A stretch of DNA of 26,130 bases, taken from assembly GCA_016196885.1 (NCBI GenBank), contig JACPWU010000062.1, positions 1-26,130 on the forward strand, written 5' to 3'. A program made the position numbers and the translations under genes. Origin of the DNA: Chlamydiota bacterium (GTDB lineage: Bacteria; Auribacterota; JACPWU01). Shown here one piece after another: positions 1-12,735 of this stretch. How positions within the stretch are numbered: the first letter of the stretch is position 1; every line of letters starts with the position of its first letter. The notes beneath the pieces are model-generated. The model saw nothing but the letters and a program-made list of their open reading frames with translations. It had not been told where the DNA came from and made no database searches.

Positions 1-1
1 A

Positions 2-265
2 ATAAAAATTGATGCAGGGAAACTGGAGCTTCGTTTGAGCCAGGTGAATGTGAGGGATTTCTTCAGGGAGATTGAGGATTCTATGTCTTCTCTAGCCGAG
101 CAAAAGAATCTGAAGCTTTCTTTCGAGTGTGAGGAATCACTCCAAGGCGAATTCGACCGAGACCAGATTGAGAAGGTGGTCATGAACCTGATTTACAATG
201 CGGTGAAGTTTACGTCCCCAGAGGGGTTTATCCGTGTCACTGCTAGAGTGGTCAAGACGGGCTAG
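2..265 (+). pseudogene. sensor histidine kinase fragment (5' end outside window; ATPase domain ends prematurely)
   Basis: Frame 2 reads IKIDAGKLELRLSQVNVRDFF...DRDQIEKVVMNLIYNAVKFTSPEGFIRVTARVVKTG*. The N-box (NLxxNAxKFT) is present. The stop at 263-265 comes before the expected G1 (DxGxG) and G2 (GxGxG) boxes of HATPase_c. I saw no continuation in other frames. A repeat element follows at 372. Confidence 0.5.
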
Positions 266-371
266 ACCAAAATCTAGAGAATTTAAAGTGTGGAAGCAGC
301 AGTTATTTACTAGTAAAATCATATGAACGATAGAATCACATTTGAATACGAGGAAAAGGGCATTTTCCTAA

Positions 372-548
372 GAAACATTCATGCCGACTGAGGTCGGCAC
401 AAAGGGGGATGAAAATCACCCTTGTAGTCGCCCCCTTTATGGGGCGGTCTATGACATTGTGGCATTGGGCATTGCCCGATAAATCGGGCGACTACAAGTC
501 ATCATGAGTCATTGTATAAGAAAGAGTAAAGACTATTTTCAGATGAAA
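372..548 (+). repeat. type-A composite repeat, copy 1 (REPIN-like core 424-495 with 28-nt spacer)
   Basis: Shares its left shell, core and right shell with 20707-20851 and 26017-26130. Core is GTAGTC + GCCCCCTTTATGGGGC + 28 nt + GCCCGATAAATCGGGC + GACTAC. Confidence 0.85.
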
Positions 549-600
549 GATTGGAACGCACGACATTCTGAAAACCCCCTGAAATGATGAGATAAACCAG

Positions 601-3824
<3,224 letters not shown>

Positions 3825-3906
3825 AGGCCGTACTTCGTGCTTCGTGCTGCGTACTTCGTTGTTGACAAACAACGAAGCACGAAGTACGCAGCACGAAGCA
3901 CGGCCT
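3825..3906. terminator. 82-nt imperfect palindrome built from ACGAAGY heptads, filling the gap between convergent ahcY and lptG; probable bidirectional terminator/stabiliser
   Basis: Left arm AGGCCGT ACTTCGT GCTTCGT GCTGCGT ACTTCGT TGTT, loop GACA (3864-3867), right arm AACA ACGAAGC ACGAAGT ACGCAGC ACGAAGC ACGGCCT. It spans from 1 nt after the ahcY stop into the lptG stop codon. There is no U-tract. Confidence 0.55.
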
Positions 3907-4988
3907 TACTTCAACCTCATCATCAGAATCATCCCCAGCCCTCCAAAAATTCCATTCGCAAGCCAGCTTGCCAGAAGAGGCGGGAGATACCCTTGTTTTC
4001 CCAGGGCGCTCAAGGTAAATTGCAGTCCATAGTAGGTCAGGGTGAGGAGAATGGTTTTGCCCAGGACGGGAAGCGCTCCTCCTCGCGTGATGGTAAGTCC
4101 GATGGGGACCACGACGAGCACCAAGATAAAACAGATCCAGGGTGTGGCCAATTTTTCATAAAGTTCGACGCGTTGCGAGGCGGGAATTCTTCCCCCGTAT
4201 TTCTTTGAAAGGGAATTTTTCAATTCTGAATAATTCATTTGTTCGGATGCCTTTTCTTCTCGAATCAGGTCAAGCGGTGATTCATAAATTCGGGTCTTCC
4301 TTTTGTAAAAAACTTCGGGATCATGTGTGATGTCTCCCGTTTCACTGTACCTGACAATGGTTCCATTGAAGAACCACCATTCGTTGTCCAGCCAGCGCCC
4401 TGTCTGGGCGCGGATGAGTTTGTTCATCGTGCCGTCTGGGTTCAAATAATGAACCTGAACATCCTGTGCTATGTTGGTTTTGGGATCCAGTTTATGAATA
4501 AAAAGGGCGTAGTTCTCCAGCGCATTTCCATAGGTTAAATCTTCATACCTTTGAGAATTTTCGTCTGTTTCCTTCTCGGAAAAAATTTTCTTGAAAATTT
4601 CGCTTTGCAATCGCGTTTGAGGAATGACCTCTTCATTCAAATAAAAGAAAAGGGCACTGAGGACCCATCCCAATAAAAGGAATGGGACGGCAATTCTCTT
4701 AGAAGAAATCCCAGCGGCCCTCATGCCGATGATTTCATGATGTCTCGTAAAATTTCCCAAAAGATAAATCAACGCAAGCACGAGAGAAAAAGGACAGATT
4801 TCAATGTAAATGTTAGGAAGCATGAAAAGGTAATAGCGTAAAATGTCCAACCAGGGTACATGTGATTTTAAGAATTCATCCATGTGCTCAAAGAGGTCTG
4901 CGATCAGATAAAGAAGGAAAAGGGTTAGAATACAATAGAAGAAGGGCAGAATAAATTCTCTTAAAATGTAACGATCAATGATTTTCAT
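3906..4988 (-). CDS. lptG: LptF/LptG-family LPS export ABC permease (second gene of pair)
   Basis: 360 aa. The N-terminus MKIIDRYILREFILPFFYCILTLFLL is typical of the YjgP/YjgQ family. It has multiple TM helices with a large periplasmic loop in the middle. The F versus G assignment rests on gene order only. Confidence 0.75.
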   Translation of the reverse strand: MKIIDRYILREFILPFFYCILTLFLLYLIADLFEHMDEFLKSHVPWLDILRYYLFMLPNIYIEICPFSLVLALIYLLGNFTRHHEIIGMRAAGISSKRIAVPFLLLGWVLSALFFYLNEEVIPQTRLQSEIFKKIFSEKETDENSQRYEDLTYGNALENYALFIHKLDPKTNIAQDVQVHYLNPDGTMNKLIRAQTGRWLDNEWWFFNGTIVRYSETGDITHDPEVFYKRKTRIYESPLDLIREEKASEQMNYSELKNSLSKKYGGRIPASQRVELYEKLATPWICFILVLVVVPIGLTITRGGALPVLGKTILLTLTYYGLQFTLSALGKQGYLPPLLASWLANGIFGGLGMILMMRLK

Positions 4989-5053
4989 GACGTGTAGAAT
5001 TTCGGTTTTCGCATTTTGATACTTAATACAAATGTATTACATTTGTGTTAGTT

Positions 5054-6148
5054 TTACCTTGCCACTTTTCTGAAAAATCCAATCCCAATAATGCCCAGAA
5101 GAATGTTGGGGAGCCACATTAAGAGCTCTGGATGAAATTGGGGTTTCTCGTCAAGTGCCTTTCCAAAGATGATAAAAAGATAATAGAAAAAAACGAGAAG
5201 GAGGCTTAAGGCGACCCCGATGGTTTTTTCACTGCGATGGGCGCGAATGCCTAGAGGGATGCCAATCAATGTAAAGACGAAACAGGAAAAAGAAACTGAA
5301 ATTTTCTTCTGGATTTCTGTCATCAGGGGTGTGACATTGACTCCTTTGCTTTTGTACTCTTTCATTTTTTCTTTGATTTCCGAGAGGGTCATGTCTTTGT
5401 GTTTTTTATCCAGATTTGAAGGGTCTTTTAAAATCTTCCCAGTGTCTAATTTTAAAACGTAACTTCCAAATTGAAGATTGAAAAAATCCTTGAACTCATT
5501 TCCGGTCGGTTCTTGAATGTTGCCATCTTTGAGTTCAAGCGAGATGTGGCCCGTTTTCTCATCGTAAGAAATTTTTCCTTCCCTGGCTGTGATGGTTTTC
5601 ACACGGCCTTCGGCCATGGTTTGATAAATGACGATTTTACGGAGGGTATCCTTTTCTCTCTCTCGAATGTAAATGATGTGATTGGGAAAAATTTCGACAA
5701 AGTTTCCCGGTTCTAAATAGGCCGCAGGGTTCTCGACTCCCATTTGGACAATCAATTTTCGGGCTGCATAATGAGAATAGGGGATGATCTCGTTATTGAG
5801 TTTAAAACAGATCCCTGTGAGCAAAAGCCCGATCAGCCACAAGGGATAGCACAGTTGGAAAAGGGAAACGCCAGAGGCCTTGATGGCCAAAAGCTCATTG
5901 TCTTGGGATAATTTTCCAAAGACGAGAAGAAGCGCGGTGAGAAGTGACAGGGGAATACATGCGGACAAAAAATAGGGGGTCAACAAAAGGAACAAAAGAC
6001 CCATGTCCTTGAGGGGTACTCCCTGGAGGAGAAGCCCGGCGATGTCCTTGATCATGGACCCCATGAAAAGGACAGCGACAAAGACGACAATCCCGATGAA
6101 AAAATTCAGTAGAAAATTTCTTAAAATATAGGCGTGTAGGATTTTCAT
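5054..6148 (-). CDS. lptF: LptF/LptG-family LPS export ABC permease (first gene of pair)
   Basis: 364 aa. MKILHAYILRNFLLNFFIGIVVFVAV... shows the same YjgP/YjgQ architecture. It lies upstream of and on the same strand as 3906-4988. Confidence 0.75.
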   Translation of the reverse strand: MKILHAYILRNFLLNFFIGIVVFVAVLFMGSMIKDIAGLLLQGVPLKDMGLLFLLLTPYFLSACIPLSLLTALLLVFGKLSQDNELLAIKASGVSLFQLCYPLWLIGLLLTGICFKLNNEIIPYSHYAARKLIVQMGVENPAAYLEPGNFVEIFPNHIIYIREREKDTLRKIVIYQTMAEGRVKTITAREGKISYDEKTGHISLELKDGNIQEPTGNEFKDFFNLQFGSYVLKLDTGKILKDPSNLDKKHKDMTLSEIKEKMKEYKSKGVNVTPLMTEIQKKISVSFSCFVFTLIGIPLGIRAHRSEKTIGVALSLLLVFFYYLFIIFGKALDEKPQFHPELLMWLPNILLGIIGIGFFRKVAR

Positions 6149-6221
6149 AAAGGCCTGTTTATTTTTGGATTATCATAGCAGCTGATAACGTTTTTTCATA
6201 GAATAAGTGGCCATGAAGATA

Positions 6222-6298
6222 AATGACAAATTTCCAATGACAAATCAATTTTCAATGATCCAATGCCCAATTCATTCTGGTCATTGGTTATTGAACAT
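6222..6298. repeat. period-7 repeat tract (AATGACA / TGGTCAT type) forming an imperfect hairpin
   Basis: AATGACA AATTTCC AATGACA AATCAAT ... TGGTCAT TGGTTAT TGAACAT. The left units are near-complements of the right units. AATTTCCAATGAC (6229-6241) is also perfectly inverted at 6450-6462. Confidence 0.6.
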
Positions 6299-6301
6299 TC
6301 A

Positions 6302-6439
6302 TTTGCTATGAAAGTGAAGCTCATTCTGTAGTCGCCCCATTTATGGGGCTGCCCGATGAATCGGGCGACTACAAAAAAAGCATGATGGGGAGAACTTTCA
6401 TCGCACACGATGATCTCGTAAAGATCATTGAAATTGATA
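6302..6439 (+). repeat. type-B composite repeat, copy 1 (45-nt REPIN-like core 6328-6372)
   Basis: Nearly identical over about 137 nt to 21270-21406. It lies in the divergent lptF/comF intergenic region. Confidence 0.85.
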
Positions 6440-6453
6440 TTTGAAATGGGTCA

Positions 6454-7227
6454 TTGGAAATTCTTGTTTGCTTGGACAAACTCTCATTTATGACGACAAC
6501 TGAAAAAATTGTTCGTGGGGTTTCTTGGCCCTTTCTTGATCTCCTCTTTCCTCGCCATTGTGAGGGTTGCGCCAAGGTCATGCCTCATGAGAGACGGTCT
6601 TATCTTTGTGAGGGCTGTTTCTCTAGGATCCCGTGGGTGGTGGGCCCCACCTGCCGAATCTGTGCCAAAATTTTTCAGGGCCTGAGTGGTGGAATTTGTT
6701 CGGCTTGTCGAAATTCTGTTTTCTCTTATGAATCCTGCTTTTCTGCGGCACGTTATGATGGCCTTCTTAAGGATTTGCTTCAGAAATTTAAATTTCAAAA
6801 GGCAGAATATTTGGCAGGAACGCTTCAGAAAATATTTTGGGAGGGTGTAAAGAAAAAAATCAATTTTTCAGATTTTGATTTTGCCTTGCCCGCTCCTCTT
6901 CATCCCCGAAAACTGAAAGAGCGGGGGTTTAATCAGGCCTTGATTTTGGCTAAAGAGGTTTCTCATCAAAGCGGTTTGCCTCTTTTTAAAAGAGGCCTCA
7001 TCCGCCAAAAATATTCCGGAGGTCAGACCTTGCAGGATCGTAAGGCACGCTTGGAGAACATCCAAGACAGTTTTAGGGTAGGGCGTTCTCATGAAATTTC
7101 AGGCAAAAAATTATTGCTCGTGGACGATGTTTTAACTACAGGCGCCACGGTTCGGGAGTGTACGCGTGTTCTCAAAGAGGCCGGGGCTAGCGCCATTACT
7201 GTTGCGGTGCTTGCGAGGAGCATGTAA
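6454..7227 (+). CDS. comF: ComF-family phosphoribosyltransferase (ComFC-like)
   Basis: N-terminal Cys pairs (CEGC...CEGC, CRIC...CSAC) and a C-terminal PRTase motif LLLVDDVLTTGATVRE. The ORF opens at TTG 6454. ATG 6490 (MTTTEKIV) is an equally plausible start. Confidence 0.8.
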   Translation: MEILVCLDKLSFMTTTEKIVRGVSWPFLDLLFPRHCEGCAKVMPHERRSYLCEGCFSRIPWVVGPTCRICAKIFQGLSGGICSACRNSVFSYESCFSAARYDGLLKDLLQKFKFQKAEYLAGTLQKIFWEGVKKKINFSDFDFALPAPLHPRKLKERGFNQALILAKEVSHQSGLPLFKRGLIRQKYSGGQTLQDRKARLENIQDSFRVGRSHEISGKKLLLVDDVLTTGATVRECTRVLKEAGASAITVAVLARSM

Positions 7228-7228
7228 G

Positions 7229-7338
7229 ATCAGTCGTGAGTCGTGAGGGGTGAGTCGTGAGTAAAAAAATAATACCTTTAAAACTCACGACTCACGACCG
7301 ACGACTCACAACTGCTTTCAAACTCACGACTCACGACC
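7229..7338. repeat. heptad (GTCGTGA / ACTCACG) inverted-repeat structure with a third, competing arm
   Basis: Left arm is 4 units GTCGTGA GTCGTGA GGGGTGA GTCGTGA (7233-7260). An A/T loop follows. Right arm is ACTCACG ACTCACG ACCGACG ACTCACA (7283-7310). A second right-arm copy, ACTCACG ACTCACG ACC, lies at 7322-7338. Confidence 0.75.
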
Positions 7339-7346
7339 AAAAAGCC

Positions 7347-7374
7347 TTGACACTCTGTCCTCATCGGGTAAAAT
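7347..7374 (+). promoter_or_regulatory. sigma-70-like promoter for gap-pgk-tpiA-secG
   Basis: TTGACA (7347-7352), 16-nt spacer, TAAAAT (7369-7374). The AAAGGAG Shine-Dalgarno at 7397-7403 precedes gap ATG 7412. Confidence 0.55.
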
Positions 7375-7396
7375 CTCCGCTGATTTACTGATTTAG

Positions 7397-9683
<2,287 letters not shown>

Positions 9684-9755
9684 ACGTTCAAAAGTTCAAA
9701 GGTGACGCGAAGCGTCATCCTGAGTATCACGAAGGATCTTATCAATAAAGTTTTT

Positions 9756-9893
9756 GGCATATGCACTTGATTCCCCTTAGATAGCAAGCGCCATGGCAAG
9801 AAGTTGTAGTCGCCCCATTCATGGGGCTGTGCCCCTTGCATAGGTTTGCCCGATGAATCGGGCGACTACAAAGGGGAATCAAGTGCATATGCC
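9756..9893 (+). mobile_element. 138-bp MITE with perfect 23-bp TIRs and an 11-bp target-site duplication, carrying a REPIN-like core (9806-9869)
   Basis: The TIRs GGCATATGCACTTGATTCCCCTT (9756-9778) and AAGGGGAATCAAGTGCATATGCC (9871-9893) are exact reverse complements. The direct repeat ATAAAGTTTTT lies at 9745-9755 and 9895-9905. Confidence 0.8.
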
Positions 9894-9910
9894 TATAAAG
9901 TTTTTTACAT

Positions 9911-10666
9911 ATGCGTATTCCCATCATTGCTGGCAATTGGAAAATGAATAAAACGACTGCAGAGGCAGTTACCTTCGTTCAATCCCTGAAAAAAGAATTG
10001 GGTCAGCTAAGCGACCGCCTTTGCGTGATCTGTCCGCCTTTTACCGCTCTTCTTTCTGTCGCTCAAGAGCTAAAGGGAAGCGGGATCGAGTGGGGTGCCC
10101 AGAATCTTTTCTGGGAGACCGAGGGGGCTTTTACGGGCGAGATTTCATCCAGGATGTTGAAGGAGATAGGTGCTTCTTATTGTATTTTGGGGCACTGCGA
10201 ACGCAGGAAAATTTTGAAAGAAACAGATGAAATGGTTCATCGCAAAGTGAAGAAGGCCCTTGCAGAAGGACTTTCACCGATTGTTTGCGTCGGCGAGAGA
10301 TTGGAGGAAAGAGAAAAAGGAATCACGTTTGATGTCATTAAGTCTCAAGTCACACAAGACTTAGAAGGATTGAAAAAAGAGGAGGTTTTGCGCTGTGTTC
10401 TTGCTTATGAACCTGTCTGGGCCATTGGAACAGGTCGAAATGCCACCCCGCTTCAAGCTCAAGAGGTACATGCTTTTATTCGCAAACTTTTGGGGGAGCA
10501 ATTTGGGGAAGAGGCGGCTTCCAAGGTTCGCATTCAATACGGCGGCAGTGTGAAGCCGGACAACATAGATGAATTGATGGCCGAAGACGATGTGGACGGG
10601 GCTTTGGTGGGGGGTGCGAGTCTGGACATAAAATCTTTTGCAAGAATTGTAAATTTTAAGGTATAA
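9911..10666 (+). CDS. tpiA: triosephosphate isomerase
   Basis: MRIPIIAGNWKMN N-terminus, ILGHCERR, AYEPVWAIGTG and YGGSVKP motifs. Confidence 0.95.
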   Translation: MRIPIIAGNWKMNKTTAEAVTFVQSLKKELGQLSDRLCVICPPFTALLSVAQELKGSGIEWGAQNLFWETEGAFTGEISSRMLKEIGASYCILGHCERRKILKETDEMVHRKVKKALAEGLSPIVCVGERLEEREKGITFDVIKSQVTQDLEGLKKEEVLRCVLAYEPVWAIGTGRNATPLQAQEVHAFIRKLLGEQFGEEAASKVRIQYGGSVKPDNIDELMAEDDVDGALVGGASLDIKSFARIVNFKV

Positions 10667-10675
10667 TGCCGCCCT

Positions 10676-11173
10676 ATGACTATTTTTTTGATTGTTCTTC
10701 ATGTGGTTTGTTGCTTGGGTCTCATTGCCATCGTGCTTCTTCAGGCGGGAAAGGGGGCGGGGCTCGCCTCCACCTTTGGAGCGGCAGCGGTGGAAACGGC
10801 CTTGGGCGCGGGGGCCAGTGATTTTCTGAAAACGGGTACCAGTTTGATGGCGATTGTTTTTATGATCACAAGCCTGGCCCTGGCTTTTATGACGGCCCGC
10901 CAAAGTTCTTCCGTGGTGAAAAATGTGAGACCCACGCCTGTGACAACAGAAATTCCGATGGATGTTTCTTCAACGGCTGAGCAAGGTTCAGATGCCTTAA
11001 AGGGTAAATCCAAGGCAGAGTTACAAAATATTTTGAAGCAAATGACGCAAGCCTTGCCTTTGGGAAATAAAACCAAAAGCGATACCTCTACGACGCCTTC
11101 TACGCAAGATGCGGCTGCTCCATCCCATTTGGAAGAAAAAAATCAAGCGGATACTGTTCCCACTCAATCCTAA
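10676..11173 (+). CDS. secG: preprotein translocase subunit SecG with a long low-complexity C-terminal tail
   Basis: Two TM helices with LLQAGKGAGL between them (the SecG signature), in the conserved position after tpiA. About 90 extra S/T/P/Q-rich residues follow. Confidence 0.8.
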   Translation: MTIFLIVLHVVCCLGLIAIVLLQAGKGAGLASTFGAAAVETALGAGASDFLKTGTSLMAIVFMITSLALAFMTARQSSSVVKNVRPTPVTTEIPMDVSSTAEQGSDALKGKSKAELQNILKQMTQALPLGNKTKSDTSTTPSTQDAAAPSHLEEKNQADTVPTQS

Positions 11174-12699
11174 TGCGCCCTTGCGAGGTGAACCCTCAAA
11201 TTAAACGCCTCAAAAAAGTGTTTGGCGTGGTGTATTTTGTCCAAGGGATGTCGAGCCTTCCCCAGCTTTCCTTTTTTTATTACATGATGAATGTTTTGAA
11301 ATTGGGGCCTGTCGCCGGCCAGCTCTTTCAGGGGCTCGATCATGTGGCCTGGTTTTTAAAGCCGCTCTGGGGATGGACTTCAGATCGCTTCCCGTTGAGA
11401 GGCTATCGCAGAAAATCCTATTTTTGCCTCATGGCTACCTTGGCCGTCTTTTCATGGTTCTCAATCGCCCTTTGTGCCTATTTTAAAATCACGGCGATGA
11501 TCCCTTATTTTCTTTTTTTGAATTTAGCCCAACTGGCCTATGCCTTTGTAGATGTGGTCGTGGATGCCCTGATGGTGGAGCGGGGGCAAGAACTTAATCA
11601 AGTCGGTCACTTCGTCAATTTTCAATGGATGATGCTGGGTCTTGCAGCTATGCTTGTGGCTCTTTTCAGTGGTTGGTTTCAAACGAAAATAGAAGGGGGG
11701 AAGTTTTCCTACGCACTCATTTTTGCTTTGACAGGACTGTTCCCTCTTTTAACGCTCATCATCGGTGTGAAAAATTTAGAAGAAGAAAAGGGAATTTATC
11801 CTCAGGTATCTCCCGTCTCATTTTGGAAAAAATTCAGGAATCCCTTCAAATCATTTCCTGAGGCGAAGATTCGATTTCGAAATTTTGAAAAAGAGTACCG
11901 GGCCGTTTTGCTTTTGGCCCTTTTCACTGTGGCCTGGAATTTCAGCCCCTCTGTCAGTTATGCGGCTCGTGCTTACTGGGTCAGTCATTTGGAATTTACC
12001 CCTCTAATTCTGGGCATTTTGGGTGCGGCAAGCAATGTGGTTTTGCTTTTGTCCATTCTTGTTTATCGCTGGGTGGTGCGTCGGTTTGCGCTTATTCAAT
12101 GGTATCATTATCTTTATGCGATGGTTGCATTGGGTGTGGTGTCTTTAGCCGCGGGCTATTATCTTTATTTGCCGCCTGGGCATCCCCTGTCTTTTTCCTT
12201 TTCCTTCCCATGGGAGAGAATTCTTTCTTTGGCCGCCGGATTGAAGGAGTCAGTCATGGGATCTTGGATTTATCGCCTTCTGGAAGGGGCTTCTCATTGG
12301 AATCGTTACCATTGGTGGGCTTTGTTCACGGAGACCACGCTGGGGTTTGCCTCTATCGCAGCCTTCATGATTCCGCTCACCCTGGCGGGGGAAGTGGCCC
12401 AGAGGCATCACGCGGGATTCACGTATGCCCTTTTGATGTCCGTTTCCAATTTTACGAATGCCATTGGGAATGTGGCCGGAGGTGTGCTTTATAAACTTTT
12501 TAGTTTATCAGCCATGACAGGGTTCATGAAAGGTTTCGAAACTTCCCTCTTTAATCTTTCTCACAGCCATGATTCAGAAGTTCTCATTCTGCAACTTTTT
12601 GTTTACATCAGCGCTTTTTTTACTCTTCTCGCCATTCCCTTTGTGGGCATGGTGAGAAGGGAGTTGGAAAGAAAGGGAATCAAGGTAAAATTGGGATAG
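11173..12699 (+). CDS. BT1 (folate/biopterin transporter) family MFS-type membrane protein
   Basis: 508 aa and polytopic. The motif LKPLWGWTSDRFPLRGYRRKSYF matches the BT1 family signature LKPxWGxxSD..P..GYRR. Its ATG overlaps the secG TAA (TAATG at 11171-11175). Confidence 0.7.
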   Translation: MRPCEVNPQIKRLKKVFGVVYFVQGMSSLPQLSFFYYMMNVLKLGPVAGQLFQGLDHVAWFLKPLWGWTSDRFPLRGYRRKSYFCLMATLAVFSWFSIALCAYFKITAMIPYFLFLNLAQLAYAFVDVVVDALMVERGQELNQVGHFVNFQWMMLGLAAMLVALFSGWFQTKIEGGKFSYALIFALTGLFPLLTLIIGVKNLEEEKGIYPQVSPVSFWKKFRNPFKSFPEAKIRFRNFEKEYRAVLLLALFTVAWNFSPSVSYAARAYWVSHLEFTPLILGILGAASNVVLLLSILVYRWVVRRFALIQWYHYLYAMVALGVVSLAAGYYLYLPPGHPLSFSFSFPWERILSLAAGLKESVMGSWIYRLLEGASHWNRYHWWALFTETTLGFASIAAFMIPLTLAGEVAQRHHAGFTYALLMSVSNFTNAIGNVAGGVLYKLFSLSAMTGFMKGFETSLFNLSHSHDSEVLILQLFVYISAFFTLLAIPFVGMVRRELERKGIKVKLG

Positions 12700-12700
12700 A

Positions 12701-12735
12701 ACAGAAGACAGAATTCAGGAGTCAGAATTCAGCAG
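12701..12735 (+). repeat. heptad array ACAGAAG ACAGAAT TCAGGAG TCAGAAT TCAGCAG
   Basis: Five tandem 7-mers that overlap the stop and last four codons of the HAD gene. A same-orientation sister array lies at 13381-13415. Confidence 0.7.

Noticed and set aside
266-600. SAM riboswitch upstream of the metK-containing ORF
   Set aside because: I could not find SAM-I/SAM-II-type conserved cores. Most of the leader is the type-A repeat, which also occurs upstream of unrelated genes. An Rfam scan would settle this.
6222-6298. Using the STRR-like heptamers to call the organism a heterocystous cyanobacterium
   Set aside because: The heptamer repeats are suggestive only. The clustered gap-pgk-tpiA-secG layout, sodC and the rest of the content do not let me assign the lineage, and I cannot run a taxonomic search here.
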